A stretch of DNA of 64,000 nt from Eledone cirrhosa (GCA_964016885.1 OZ024745.1:43710001-43774000), one strand, 5' to 3'; shown: positions 1 to 14,181, counted from the first letter of the stretch. Numbers and translations: made by a program. The notes: generated by a model from the sequence alone, not told the origin.

Positions 1-47
1 GTGACCTGAATCTCTAGCTGTTTCTTCAGACGTTCTAAATCAACAAC
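1..47 (-). CDS. zip: NMHC rod exon (runs off the window): VVDLERLKKQLEIQV
   Basis: aag acceptor at 48-50, in frame with the previous exon, resembles the VHELEKSKRALE region of NMHCs. Confidence 0.85.
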
Positions 48-433
48 CTTCATGTACAAACAAAAGAAAAATCTCACTAACATTGAGCTGAGAAAAAGTA
101 TATATTTAAAAAGTATCGATTTTATTGATTCATATCTAATCAAGATGGTCCAGGTTAGTTTTTCAACCTGTTTATATCGATGTATTACTGTGGCAACACG
201 ACTCTGGTTGCTTCATTCATGGTGTCACTATTCCTTAAGTTTTTGTGTTCACTCTGAGGAGAAATTTATCAATTACTCAGTCATTGAGTGCTTTGTGGCA
301 GCCTCTGATAATTCAATTGTTCATCTGCTATTGTGCAGCTGCAACTTCAGTTATACTCATTATATAAGTATATATTTTAAAAAAAGAACATGTTTAATGA
401 TTTCGAAGTCCAAATAAAAATATTGTTACTTAC

Positions 434-614
434 ATTTCTTTTGTCACAATCAACAGAAGAGACAAGGCCATCGAGCTCATTTTGTGACTTTTTCCATTTC
501 TTTTCAAGCTCTTCATATTTATCACGCTCTTCTTCAAGTTCTTTTGCAAGGTTCATAATCTTAGTGGACTTCTCATTAATTTCTCGCTGTGCCTTCTCAT
601 TTTCATTGCTCAAA
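434..614 (-). CDS. zip: NMHC rod exon: LSNENEKAQREINEK...SSVDCDKRN
   Basis: 181 nt, cag / gtaagt. Confidence 0.93.
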
Positions 615-773
615 CTGTAAAAATAAAGAATCAATAGGTTTATGGTTCAATGAACAAGTTCCTAAAATTTACATCTGTCTAACTAATACATAAAGTTAAA
701 TGCAAAGGAAAAATATTCAAAACTCATCAACACAAAGTAAATTTTTGAAAGAAAATGAACTAGAATAACATAC

Positions 774-886
774 CGTTCTGCAACTGCTTTCTCCTCAGCC
801 ATTTTCTGGTCAAATTTGGCTTGTTTCCTAGTGAGTTCATTAACTTGAGCGATTTGTTGGTCCAACTCAACTCGGAAATCTTCATT
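774..886 (-). CDS. zip: NMHC rod exon: NEDFRVELDQQ...KQAKFDQKMAEEKAVAE
   Basis: 113 nt, cag / gtatgt. Confidence 0.94.
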
Positions 887-1830
887 CTGAAAATTTGAAG
901 AAGATAACATTTTCAATTAAGAGATAGTTTAGACTAACTATATCAGCTGTAAACATATTGCGACTAAAAATCTAATTAGAGCTGGAGATTTTGAAACAGT
1001 AGAGCACCAGGCTAAATGCTTTACAGTTTTGACTTGGGTCTTAATTCAAAACTTGCAACGGTTAACATTGCATTTCTTCCATCCTAGATCAATAAATATA
1101 AGTATCTTTATGCAGGAATGATCATCATGGGTTAGACAGGTTGTCACATACTGAGTCTAGATTTGTCAGGTGATTTCATCTTGTACATACACTCCATTTT
1201 TAGTTTCTATGGCTATATGTCCAACCTAATGCCAACCATTTTACAGAGTGTACTGGGAGCATTTTATTGTTACTCTGGCACTACCACCTTACAGGGTGGA
1301 CTGGGTGCTTTTTATCATAGCACCAGCCTTACAGAGCAAATTGTGTGGTCTTTGTCGTGGCATTAACACTATGGCCTTGATTGATTATAATCTTTAATAC
1401 ATTACTGTATGTATGAACCCATAACTCTTGATAGAGTCGTAGAGTCACTTGTGACATACAGTGTCTTTGGCATTTTAAACCTGGCAGAGCCCATCTCTCT
1501 AGGACTGACCACAGCTGATTTCTTCCAAAGAAGGAGAGAGAATGAGAGAGGAAGTGAGAAAGAGATATAAAGGAAGAATCCACCCCAGTACTGGACTGGA
1601 ACTTTTTTTTTTAATTGACTTGGAAAGGAGGAAATGCAAAGTTGACCTCGACAGGATTTGAACTCAGCACAAAGAGCCAGAACAAATACCATAATGTATT
1701 CTCTCCAACAATCTAGTGATCCTGCCAATCTGCTGCCTTTTCTTTATTGCATTATCTGTATGTTAAATTTGTTTGGAAGATCAAAACTTCTGCATTTGTA
1801 AAATCACAGTAAACAGCAAACTGTACTCAC

Positions 1831-1998
1831 TTCTTCAGATAACTTTTTCTTTGCTTTTTCTAGTCGTGCAATTTGTTCCTGAAGATCAGCAATCTGTTGC
1901 CGCAACTGTTCTATAAGTCTTTGAGCCTTTTTAAGTTCTTCTTCAGCGGAATCTCGATTGCTCTCAGCTTCCTCAGTTTTTTTCTTTAGTTCTACCAT
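1831..1998 (-). CDS. zip: NMHC rod exon: MVELKKKTEE...LEKAKKKLSEE
   Basis: 168 nt, cag / gtgagt. Confidence 0.94.
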
Positions 1999-2239
1999 CT
2001 GGAAAGAAAAATAATTTTAAGCATAACAATTTTGTAGATACCCAATATAGACAATAACATTCGACAGGATTATCAACCCCCCCCCCCCCCCCCCACATAT
2101 ATATAAAACCCCTAACTATATATAAATACAGATTACAAAATAAAAGAAAGATGCTCCAAGCATTAACTATGCAGCATAAATTGCAACATTTTGAACACAT
2201 TTTGTAAAAGGGCAGTTTAAATTGAATATAAAAAATAAT

Positions 2240-2420
2240 TGTTTCTACTTTTGGCACAAGGCCAGCAATTACTCCAGTATGTTACTGGTACTTTATTTTA
2301 TCGACCCCCTAAGGATGAAAGGCAACCTCGGTGGGATTTGAACTCAGTCCCTAAAGGGACGTAACTGTGCTGCAAAGCATGGCGTCCGACCCTCTACCGA
2401 TACTGCCAATCCACCGCCCT
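2240..2420 (-). mobile_element. tRNA-derived SINE with 18-bp TSD
   Basis: A box TGGCAGTATCGG, B box GAGTTCAAATCC; TSD ttgaatataaaaaataat at 2222-2239 and 2421-2438. Confidence 0.88.
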
Positions 2421-2492
2421 TTGAATATAAAAAATAATAAACCCATGCTAGCGTGGAAGATAGACGTTAAACGATGATGATGAACAACATAC

Positions 2493-2645
2493 CTGAACTT
2501 GGTTCTTTTCAAGTTGTTTCTGGAGTAGACTTCTGTTTTCTTCTTCCTCTTCTAATTTATCTTTAATAGAATCCCTCTCATCAGTAGCACTACGCAAGTC
2601 AATTAAAGCTTGCATTTTGAGACGACTCTCTTCTTCAAAACCTTC
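2493..2645 (-). CDS. zip: NMHC rod exon: EGFEEESRLKMQAL...LEKNQVQ
   Basis: 153 nt, cag / gtatgt. Confidence 0.93.
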
Positions 2646-3047
2646 CTGTGAACAAATATGAAATATTCTTTATTATAGAATACAAAACATTTTTACAATG
2701 AAATAACACTTTCATTAATATTGATAAAGACTGTACTAACTTCAGATGAACTGCATCTATTATAAAGGTAATTAAAACCTCCCATCATAATTTTATTTAA
2801 GACATTTTTGTTAAGTAATATTTCCAAACATCAACTTACTAATAAAAAGTTTATTTTATTTGATGCCTCAAAATGTTTGATTATATTCAAAAGACATGTT
2901 GGCAGTGTATCTCATTAGAAATATGGTAATGAAAGGGTTACAAAGTAATATTTATGAAGAAAATTGAAAATTGGAGCATCTAAACTACAAAAGATGCTTA
3001 CCTAAAATATAAAATATTTGAATATTTATGAACAGTAAAATACTTAC

Positions 3048-3152
3048 CTTGGTAGTTGAAAGATCAGCTTGAAGATTGCTGACTTTACGATTCAGTTCCA
3101 ACATTGAAGAATCACATTCTTCGAGTGATGCCAATGCTTGTTCATATTCAGC
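3048..3152 (-). CDS. zip: NMHC rod exon: AEYEQALASLEEC...DLSTTK
   Basis: 105 nt, tag / gtaagt. Confidence 0.92.
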
Positions 3153-3598
3153 CTATAGAAACAAATATAATTGTATTAGCAATTGTTTAAGAGGTTGTCA
3201 CAGACCAAGTCACAAGTTAATTGGAGCTAATGACCCAGATAGGGGAGATTGCCCTGCATCTTGCTTACATATGTTCCTGCACTCTACAGAGAGCACTGGG
3301 TATATCTTATAGTAGCACCAACACTGGAGAGGTTGCCATGTCTTTGACACAACCGAAGGGTCCTCTCGATCATTTTTATTTGGCAAGTTTTCTTCAACTG
3401 GATGTCCTTCCTATCATCAACCTATTTTCGGAGTATATACAAGGTGTGTTTATCATGTAATAAACACTAGGGAGGTCAGCTGAAGAGTCCTCCAAACCTT
3501 TTGTTTGGCAGATTTTCTAAGGTGTGTCTATTGTTACTAACACCAGACAGGCCGTTATGCCCTTGACGTAATTCAAGTGTCTGCTCAGTTATATATAT

Positions 3599-3653
<55 letters not shown>

Positions 3654-4186
3654 ACAAGCGTTTTAGACCTTTTTCCTCCCAAAGCAGGGATTAGCCTTGC
3701 AAGTCCCATGACAAGCTTCTCCATTTTGTCTTATTGCTTGTACTCACCAACACCCTAGCTTTCATTTTCTGCTCCACCAACTTTACTCATGTCTTTTTTG
3801 GTATTCCCTTTCCTCTATCTCCTTCCACATTTCCATCTCTCCTTTCACCCAGTCACTTTCATCCTTCCTCAACTAATGAATAACCATCCATTTCCATTTA
3901 CAACATTATCACTGGCTCTATTCCCATCATCCTCTGCAATTCATTGTCTTCTCTCGGGTCTCTGGTTTAAGGATATCTTCCTCCTTACACCACTTCCAGT
4001 GACCCTGAAAATGGTTATGGCCACTGCCATTCCCTCCCTCACTAAACTGTAGATAAAAAAAAACAAAAATTGTTTTTACACATAGATAACTATTATTGTA
4101 CTAAGGGTGCCTGTATAAAGGAAGAGTAGTAACTCAACAATTGTGTCATGTGTCATATACTTTGCCCTTATGTCTTTCAGATTTAA

Positions 4187-4386
4187 CCCTTTAGCATTTA
4201 CATTATTCTATATTTACTATTGTATTTTGATGGTAAAGGCTTTACCTCACATAGTATCAAATCTATGACATGATATTTATTTGGAGAACAATACCTTAAC
4301 ATCAGTGTGAGTGGCCGGTTACAGCAAGTTTGAACAGAAAAAGGTGAGAGTTCTGGCCAGATATGGCCAGTTTAAATGCTAAAGGG
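4187..4386. mobile_element. TTAA-flanked MITE (piggyBac-like), family A
   Basis: TTAA on both sides; TIR ccctttagcattta / taaatgctaaaggg; second copy at 62855-63057, partial inverted copy ~26170-26330. Confidence 0.85.
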
Positions 4387-4464
4387 TTAAACAAATGGCC
4401 AATTAGTCAATCTTAACCTCAGTTCTGCTCCTTTATACCAAGTGAAGGACAGAACAATATTTAC

Positions 4465-4671
4465 CTGTATTTTTGAGAATTTTTCAGCTAAATCAGTTTT
4501 GGAGCGTTCAACATCAACTAATTTCATGCTTTGTTCTTGCAAGTGAGATTCAATTTGTTTTCGTTTCCTCTCAGACTCTTGTTTTGCTTGTTGCATTTGT
4601 TTTAAGTCATTAGCAAGATCAGCATTTTCAGCTTGCAAAGATTCTTTTATTTTATCCAAACTAGCCTTTGT
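4465..4671 (-). CDS. zip: NMHC rod exon: TKASLDKIKESLQAEN...KFSKIQ
   Basis: 207 nt, cag / gtaaat. Confidence 0.94.
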
Positions 4672-5768
4672 CTGAAACAACAAAATATATTATTAGTAAA
4701 GATATAAGGATAGTCAATAATACTATTTTACTTTTAGATTCTCAATCCTCCATTCTCTTATTAGTTTTAACTGCTGCATAAGTTCCAAGTTCTCTCCCAC
4801 CACCACCACCATTGTATGTACAACCAGTTTCAGTGGTGTCCAGAATATCAAAATGTCATGTGTTAAATCAGGGTATATCCCATGCTTAACAAAATTCTTT
4901 TCCACCAGAAAATGAAGGTTGCAAAAAAAAAGTATGAGTTTCATTACAAATTAAGATTATTAATCATTATTTAGCACCAGGTGGGCTCATATCAGCCATA
5001 TCTTATCGGTAGTGTCAGGAAATTAATGTGTTAATCCTTTTGATACCAAACTCCTTGAAACTGTCCTCAGTTTACGATATAAAACTACTCATTTTAAAAT
5101 GTTTATCCTTATAATAAAAGCTTCCATCACAATGCTGGGGTAGGCTCTTCCTCTGAAAGTAATCAGCAGTGTTCTAACCTGGAGATGGATGGGCTCTACC
5201 AGAAATAAAATACCCAAGACAGACTGTGTCAGAACAGCACCCTACAATTCAAGAGTTGAAGACCAAAGAAGATCTCTTTCTCTATAGTCCACTAATCTTA
5301 CTATTGAGTTAGCAAATCTTCATTTCTGCCTATCATCATCATTTAACGTCCGCTTTTTTCAGCTGGCAAGAGTTGGACATGTCCTCAGACAAGTCAGTAT
5401 GTGATTGGAACCACTGATCTTTCAGACAAGTCGGGGGGTTACATCTCAAATATATTTCCGCCATCTAGAATGCACTGTGCATTTTATCATGGCACCAGCA
5501 CTAGGAGAGGCAGGAGTCATCATGCCTGACACAAGTGAAAAGTTTTATCCACACTTTATTTGGCATTTTCTATAGCTGGTTGACCTTTCTATCAACTATT
5601 TTACAGAGTGTACTGGGTGCATTGTATTGTGGTACCAACACTAAAGAGGTTGTCATGTTTATCTAAACTGAAAAATCCTCATAAACCCTATGTTCTCTCT
5701 CTGACATCAACACACTAGCCTCTGGTGTCTCACCACATTTTTAGTGTTGCAAGTCATTATTAATCTAT

Positions 5769-5942
5769 TGGCACTATCGGTAGAGGGTCAGACACCATGC
5801 TTTCCAGCATAGTTACGTCCCTTTACAGTCCGAGTTCAAATCCCGCCGAGGTTAACTTTGCCTTTCATCCTTACGGGGTCGATAAAATAAAGTACCAGTA
5901 ATGTACTGGGTAATTGCTGGCCTTGTGCCTAAAGTAGAAACA
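5769..5942 (+). mobile_element. Same SINE family, 13-bp TSD
   Basis: A/B boxes; TSD attattaatctat at 5756-5768 and 5943-5955. Confidence 0.88.
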
Positions 5943-6125
5943 ATTATTAATCTATAACAAATATTGCTTTTATCTTCATAACATAATTCTTTCTAGTTAA
6001 TTTTTTATGCTCCCTTCATAAACAGTTCTAATTTTTATGTGAAATTTATTTTGAATAATTACTGCACTTTTAAACTAACTTATTTTAAGGATTCTTTGAA
6101 GAAACTATGAGAAAAATATATTTAC

Positions 6126-6338
6126 TTTCTTCACTGTATCAAGATCTTCATTGACATTCTCTAGCTGCTTAGTGTACTTTTGACGTAATTCATGCATCTG
6201 TTGTTCAGATCCCTTCTGGTTATCTTCTATGGTTTTTTTCATGTTGTCAACTTCCAACTCACGCTTGTTTCGAAGTTCTTGTACGGCAGCTGTGGTATCA
6301 AGAGAATCTTCCAATTCAGACTTCAGAGCCTCTAGTTC
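6126..6338 (-). CDS. zip: NMHC rod exon: [27 protein letters not shown]...DTVKK
   Basis: 213 nt, cag / gtaaat. Confidence 0.95.
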
Positions 6339-6994
6339 CTGAAAAAGTGAGGAAAATATTTAATATCAAGCCGGTTATAATTTAAAACCAAAAGCTTACA
6401 AAAATTAACTCAACGTATAACTTAGCCTACAGTTTATTTTTGATATTTTAAATTCCATGAATCTAAACTATAATATAGTAAGAAGCGCGGGACTGCATAC
6501 GGTTTATAATTTTTTATCCCATTAGTAAAATTAAGTTGGATTACTTTGAATAAATAATGAATGAATATTACGTAATTTATCTACTAAATTTCGTGGCTGT
6601 TCATTAAATATATTTTATTTATTTATTTAAAGATTCACTTCTTTAAAATTTTCAAATGTCAACACTTCCGGTGGCGATCGCTTAAATAAACATTCATTTT
6701 CTGTCACTAATTTTCTCCTAATGCAGTTTATATATAATATCGTCTTTTTTTTTTTATGTATCATGGATTACGTTACTGATTACATAAGAGAGTCTCTCTT
6801 CAATTTCTGTGTATATTGTCAATTACGATTTTATTTGATGTATCATATCTACATGTATATATACTTGCGTATAATATCAATACACACACTACTCATGCTA
6901 GCAGAAAAGCACCAAAAGGGTGGTTTTCTGCTAGTGCATATCATGTAAAACAATATGTTTGACTCTAAAATGAAAACTACACACAATCATAAAG

Positions 6995-7463
<469 letters not shown>

Positions 7464-7615
7464 ATAACAGCATCAAAGTATCAGAATATATCATTTTAAA
7501 GAAGTTTAGCTACAACTAGAGAATTACAGATATTTATGCTAAGCTGTCAAATTATTATACTGAGATTTAACTGAGAAAATATAGAATAAATATGTTAAAA
7601 GGAAAAAGGAGTTAC

Positions 7616-7760
7616 TTCATTGAGGTCTCGTTTTTGTTTTTCGGCTTTCGTCCGAGATTGCTTCTCACTATCCAAGTCCTCCGTCAGTTCTTGAATCTGA
7701 CTTTGTAGATCTCGTTGTTGTTTTATAGTCATAGCTCTTGAAACGCTCTCATCCTCTGAT
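7616..7760 (-). CDS. zip: NMHC rod exon: SEDESVSRA...KAEKQKRDLNE
   Basis: 145 nt, tag / gtaact. Confidence 0.94.
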
Positions 7761-8268
7761 CTATACGAAAAAAAAAAAAGCAAATTTTTTTTTAGTAAAC
7801 AATTGAAAACCTTCAACTGAATTGAATATATGAATACTTATCTCTGCATCTCACAGGCTTGTATACATGCAGACAAGATTACAGGTCCCTACAGTCATCA
7901 CTGATCCAGAGTATGCACCTGGAAAGTTACTCTCCAATATGCAAATCTGAGAAAGGAGTTTTGTGGAAGACCAGTAGTAATCCATACATCCCACAGACAT
8001 GGTCAAAGGGGAAGCTCAACACCAATATAGCTTGGCACCAGTGTCGTTACAACTCATTTCTTCCAACCGAGTGAACTGGAGCAATGTGAAATAAAGTATC
8101 TTGTTCAAAGTCAAAACACACCACCCAGCACATAAAGATCATAAAAAGGAACAAAATATCAGTTACTTTATGAATACAAATTTATATGTGCATGTGTATT
8201 TCTATTTGATTTATACTGATTGAATACATTGTATTACTTTGCAACAGGCATTATGTAGTACATATACC

Positions 8269-8459
8269 TCCCTAGTGCTGGTGCTATGATAAAATGCACC
8301 TGATGCAGGAATGTATGTAAGCCAGATGGATGCACTCAACCCACCTGTGAGATCAGTAACTCCAATTAAGTACTGACATGGTCTGTGACAACTAGTAGGG
8401 AAAAAGTACCAGTAATACACTGGTAAAATTTGCTGGCCTTGTGCCAAAAAGTAGAAACA
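8269..8459 (+). mobile_element. Chimeric retro-insertion: inverted copy of 8851-9002 fused to a SINE 3' end, 19-bp TSD
   Basis: TSD attatgtagtacatatacc at 8250-8268 and 8460-8478. Confidence 0.8.
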
Positions 8460-9235
8460 ATTATGTAGTACATATACCGTATTTTTTATTTCCTATAAAC
8501 GTTCTTGAATTTTTCAGATACAGATTTATGGCTACGTATGTTATACAGGCTCTAGATTTGGAAGTTGAGTTGAAAACACATTCTGGCTAAATTGGGATAT
8601 CAGCTGAATCAGGCTATAATATTTACATGTTTAATCTACAGTTACTAAATTATAGTCCACATGCATTGTCCCCCACTCCACCCTCTTCCGTATGTCACAT
8701 TTTAAAAACTTTTGCACATGGAGACATTTTCATAGTTTCATTTACGCTTAATACTGTAATACTGTTTTACATCTATACTTTCCTTTTTACATGATATTCC
8801 TTTAATTAGACGTTAAAAATCACTGATGATTGTCATCATTTTATGTCAATTTTCCCTACTAGTAAGGATTGGACAGTTTGTCACAGACCATGTCAGTACT
8901 TAATTGGAGTTACTGATCTCACAGGTGGGTTGAGTGCATGCATCTTGCTTACATACATTACCGCATCAGGTGCATTTTATCATAGCACCAGCACTAGGGA
9001 GGTTGTCATATCTTTGACAACTGAAGAGTCCTCCCGATCCATTGTTTGATTTATTTTCTACAGTTGGATGCCCTTGACACATCTTAAAAGCCCTCTTAGC
9101 CATGTTTTGGCATGGTTTCTACAGTTGTTTTCATTTTAAATGCACAGCATTATCTGAAATATACCCTCAGAATAAATTACTAAGTAATATGAAACCATAG
9201 TAGTTGGTGCAGAGACAATCCAACACACACACACG

Positions 9236-9238
<3 letters not shown>

Positions 9239-9271
<33 letters not shown>

Positions 9272-9295
9272 CTGTGTGTGTGTGTGTCTGTGTGT

Positions 9296-9358
<63 letters not shown>

Positions 9359-9370
9359 TGTGTGTGTGTG
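9239..9370. repeat. (TA)n-(TG)n compound microsatellite
   Basis: Read directly. Confidence 0.95.
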
Positions 9371-9904
9371 TATTATGTCTTGTATATTAAAGGATTCTGG
9401 AAACAATGTTGAAAATAAATGCCAAAGGTAACAAATGTAAATAAATTCCTTCAAGATTTATTTTACTTGTATTGTTTAAAACAAAAAAGGAATAAAACTT
9501 AAAAAAGTGTTGGTAACATAAAATGCAATCAACATGTTAAACAAAAGGTTGACAACCTCTCTGGTGCTGGTGGAATAATAAAATGCACCTGGTGCACCCT
9601 GTAGAGTGGTTTGTGATTGGAAAACTATTCAGATGTAGAAAACTTTCCAAACATAGGTTGAATGGACTCTTTTGTTGCATTAAGTGTTGGCGACAATAAA
9701 ACACACCCAATACACTGTAAAGTGGTTGGTAATACAAAAGGTTTCTGTTTTTATATTTGTGCTGGTCTAAAAACTGCTGTTTCTACTGTCTCTTTATGCC
9801 CCATAACATAGTAGTTAGACAAACAGAATTTGATAAAATATCAGTCTGAAATATGCTTTGACTGAAACCAGTAAAAGAATATTGAAAAAGATAATTGATC
9901 CTAC

Positions 9905-10053
9905 TTTTGTAGTGCTGCTTGAAGTTCTTCTTCCCTTCGAGACAGTTGTGACTGAACTTCTTCCACCTGAGTACGCTTTTCATTCAATTGTTCACGGTGA
10001 TCAGCTAAATCAGCTTCTAGCTTGCGTTTCAATTTTTCTAGTTCTTGCCGACA
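9905..10053 (-). CDS. zip: NMHC rod exon: CRQELEKLKRKLEADL...EELQAALQ
   Basis: 149 nt, cag / gtagga. Confidence 0.93.
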
Positions 10054-10340
10054 CTGAAGTTAATGGAGAAACTCATTAGAACAAATATACTTAAGAAGAA
10101 TATGGCTGATACAGGGCTATATTAATCAAGCAGCCATACCTTTGCATAATATATACTCTAGATCAGCTAAGAAAAGATTGTGCTCTAAGATAAAATCAAG
10201 ATTGGTTTGTGTATACTTACATACACATTTTTATGGTTTTCAGAATAGTATCTTGTATAAGAGTCTGTGCAGTATTGCCTTCCACATGCACAAATACATG
10301 TACTAGAGGTGAAGAACAATTATAAGAATGACAAAATTAC

Positions 10341-10496
10341 CTGTACTTCTTTCTGTAACTGGCTCTCCATATCAGTCATTGCAGATTCAGCCCGTATCTT
10401 TTGTTTACCAAGTTGTTTGAATTTATCTTCTTCGCCTACCAATTTTGAAGTCAAGTCATGTAGTCTTTCTTCCAAATATTTCTTCTCTTTGCCTAG
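10341..10496 (-). CDS. zip: NMHC rod exon: LGKEKKYLEERLHDL...LQKEVQ
   Basis: 156 nt, tag / gtaatt. Confidence 0.93.
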
Positions 10497-10883
10497 CTAT
10501 AAATTCAATTAAAAAAAAGCAAAATTTATAAAATAATACAAGAGAGAAATAATACATTACTCTCCCTATATATATTTTTTACTGTATCACAGAAATTTAT
10601 TATTGAACATAAGTATACAAAGATGAAAGTATTTTAAAAAAAGATTAAAATAGTAAACAGAAAGAGAGATGGGAGAAAATTAAATAATGAAAAATTAGAA
10701 AGAGGAATGTAGATGGTCAAATTCTTAAACCTCTGGCTAAGCAAACAAGATGGCAAAAGCTGTGGAAATCAGCCAGCTACACCCACTACATCAGCCAATC
10801 CTCTTTTTAGGTCAGCTCTAGATATCAATCATAATAGTCATTTTGACCCATGTACAACCTTCAATCATATTTTTTTCTTGAAC

Positions 10884-11078
10884 TCATCATCATCATCATC
10901 ATCATCAGGTTTAGCGTCCATGTTCCACGCTTGCATGGGTTTGGACGGGGGTTTTCCCACTTGAGGCAAGAGTGGTTGTCTTGCTCGCATAGGACTGTCT
11001 GGCGGGTTTTCTACAGTTGGATGCCCTTCCTAACACCAACCACATTTACAGTGTGGGTCCTAACACCAACCACATTTA
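10884..11078 (-). mobile_element. Short 3'-end fragment of the same RTE family
   Basis: (atc)n followed by tgttccacgcttgcatgggtttggacgggg...ccaaccacatttacagtgtgg, matching 36890-37047; small internal duplication at the truncation point. Confidence 0.88.
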
Positions 11079-11502
11079 CACAGTCTTCATAATTTTAATT
11101 TATAAAATATTGATGTTTAACAAATCTTTAACATTTACATACAAACTACAAAACTACACCTGATGTACCCCTTCCATACACATGCACACATGTGTGTATC
11201 ATGACTCGTGCACTGTTCATTTTACTGATGTTTGTGCATTGCCCTATGTACTGTACATGCACTTTTTTGATGAGTTGTGGTGCACCTGGGCACTGCGCAC
11301 AATATTTCGTTATTGTTATTATATCATGACTCATACACTGTTTATTTTCCTGACATTTGTACATTATTCTATGTACTATACATGCACCTTTGATGAGTTG
11401 TAGTGCACCTGAGCACTGTACACAATAATTTCATTATTATTATTATTATTATTATATCTGTCACTGCTGAAAGATCTTAATTTAAGAAGGAAACTAGGTT
11501 AA

Positions 11503-11737
11503 CCCTTTTGATACCAAACCACCTAAAACAACCCTTGGTTTTACAATACAGTACAGTTTATTTTAAAACATTCCATCATAATTTAATGTATGAATCTTTG
11601 TAAGTTATGTTCCAAACACCAGCTTAATACTAGGAAGTTATATTAATTATCAAGTCTTGCCAAATTCTTGATTATTTTTCCAAATTACTTGAAAATCATA
11701 AGCAATATTTTTTGTTAGAAATAGCGTAACAAAAGGG
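11503..11737. mobile_element. TTAA-flanked MITE, family B
   Basis: ttaa-cccttttgatacc ... taacaaaaggg-ttaa; related copies near 2760-2940, 5030-5130, 13235-13430, 55150-55365 and 61857-62085. Confidence 0.8.
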
Positions 11738-12069
11738 TTAAATAAATCTGATAATTTTCTCTACTAGGAACATCTTTCTATAGAGTAGCAGCTACAGAAG
11801 GTGGCACTTGTTGAGAAATGTTAAATTTGTCATATGCATGTGTGTAATGTTTTAAATGTAATATTTCACATGGGATGCATGCATTGTGTGAACACATATC
11901 ACAGCAGACTTGAATCACTGAATAAAACTTTTGGAAGTTATAAATAACTAATAGTTATAGACGCTATTACTACAACAATCACATGTTCCTACTGGTAGTC
12001 AAGAATGCATTTGTAAAGACTAGACTAGTAATATAGGAGAAGATATAGTGTTATACGAGTATATCTGCT

Positions 12070-12850
12070 TGGTTTCCACAGCACCAGCTGACAATATATC
12101 TTGTGTAGAAAAGTGAAGCAACATGTATAAATGAACTAAGACACAGTTCTTCCAGCTAATAGCAAATATAAAATAGTGGACAAATTTTAACAAAATATTT
12201 GCAAGCTTAGGATGGTATGGCTAATGGGCAGGAGGTTGACAGAGAATTTTATTTGTAACACATGGTCAAGATGTTTGATGTATTTTTATGCTTCTTAACA
12301 TTCGTGTACAGCAACCATCTAAAGCTTTGGTAATAGGCATTGCCACCATGATTCACAGAAATACAGTAAGATTGATTCCACTGTAGCTTTGAATAATATA
12401 ACTTTTGTTTTTGTGGTTATGCTAGACATCTACACTTTATCTAATAAGTTCATAGTGGACCATACTTGTGCTATCCTGTTTATATCATCCGACAAGTTGG
12501 CATATGTGCCAAAGTATTTGAAATTGTTTACTTTTTCAGGAACAGTATTGCTTGAGTAGATGTTTGTTGCTTGATCTGAGTTGAAGGTCATGTATTGGGT
12601 TTAATTGACATTTAGGAAGAGTTCCACTGCTTAAGTAGAAACTTCTAGCTTGTGTAAGAGATCCTCAGCCTTACTCATTAGATCTGTACATAAGACAATG
12701 TCATCAGTGAATTCCATATCTGCTATGTGTTGTGACAGATGTCTCATGCTTCTATGTTTTTGAAGGGTAAAGCCATCAAAATCATCAATGCATCATCAAG
12801 TATGATGATAAATAAATAGTGTGAAGGGATTACCTTAAAGTACACCTCTG
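12070..12850 (-). mobile_element. Decayed LINE RT fragment (RTE/RTE-X-like)
   Basis: Minus-strand remnants GVL*GNP, IADMEFTDDIVL (YADD equivalent), NVN*TQYM, NFKYFG. Confidence 0.65.
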
Positions 12851-12917
12851 ACTATTCACCAATTCCAAGAAAAACAAACCAATGACTCATTAGTAAAACA
12901 AGTCTATGGATAACTAC

Positions 12918-13032
12918 CTTATTTGTTGAATCTGAGGTCATTGTCATTTCATCTTCAAGTTTTTTCACTTTTTGATCAACTGCCATTTTTTCCATCTGAA
13001 GCTTTTGTCTAGATTGTTCTTCTTCTTCAAGT
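12918..13032 (-). CDS. zip: NMHC rod exon: LEEEEQSRQKLQMEK...DSTNK
   Basis: 115 nt, tag / gtagtt. Confidence 0.94.
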
Positions 13033-14181
13033 CTAAAAGATGGAAAGTAATAAATAAAAAGATGAAGTAAACATTGAAATTGTAAATCACAAAACAAATT
13101 GTCATTTACCATGTCCATTAGCAAGAGGAAAATGCACCAAAGATCAAGTTCAGAATAATGGTACAGAAATTCACAAATAATGCTGTATCAAAAAGCATTA
13201 TCTTATAGTTTCAAATTAATCAGACTCTTATTCAACCCATTTGATACCAAACCACTTGAAACCACCCCCGTTTCTGTGAAAAAAAAACAAAAACTTGCCT
13301 GTTTTAAAATTGTAATACTCATTAAAACCTTCCATCATAATATTATCTAATAACTTTTTGTTATTCTTCCAATGTTTGATTATTTTCAAAATTAATTGAA
13401 ACACAGGCACTATTTTTCATTAGAAACACATTTTAAACTAAAACCACTGGTTTCTCATGTAATCTACTTTAAATATACAATTGAGTAGAAATTAATCTAA
13501 ATTAGCAAATTATGAAGATGATATTGTTACTAATAGTAATAATTTGTTACATAAGCATGTAACAGCCATGTATTTCCCAAAAGTATTAGGAATGAATGCA
13601 AAACCGTTTCAACTAAGTCAAGAACTAAATTCAGCAAGAAGTTACCAGCAGCTACAAATATATAATAATGTATTTGAGTATGTCCAAAGAAAATTTATGA
13701 TTCTGAGAAAAAAATATTTTCCAACAATCTTTTAAATTAAAAAATGAAATTAAAGAGTTAGACAATAGATCAAAATCCTCAACTAAAATTGATTTAACTG
13801 GTTAAGGGTAAAGGTGAAGAAACACTACTTTTCACCTTCAAAAGATTTTGGCTAGGTGCTGACATTTTGGTAAATAACAATGTACAGCACTGCAGTAAAA
13901 AACTGAGAAATTGATAACTAACTGTGTCTCATTTTGGCATAAATGGGAGATTTCTGAAAGTCAATTGTTTAAAAATCTAAAACTGACTGCAGAGATAAAT
14001 CTGTCTGATATTAAAACTAAGAAATGGTTGAGTAGCAAGAACCATAATCTGCCAAGAACAAGCAGTACCACCAGTTACAGCACTAATATTGATTTTATTA
14101 AAGCAAGTGCCTGGTAAAAAGAAGTGACTGCAAGCTGGTTGAATATGGCTAGAGTATGCTTCTGTGATTATGTGTAGAAGA

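Noticed and set aside
2330-2420. tRNA gene
   Set aside because: The A/B boxes belong to a multi-copy SINE head with a TSD; no complete cloverleaf.
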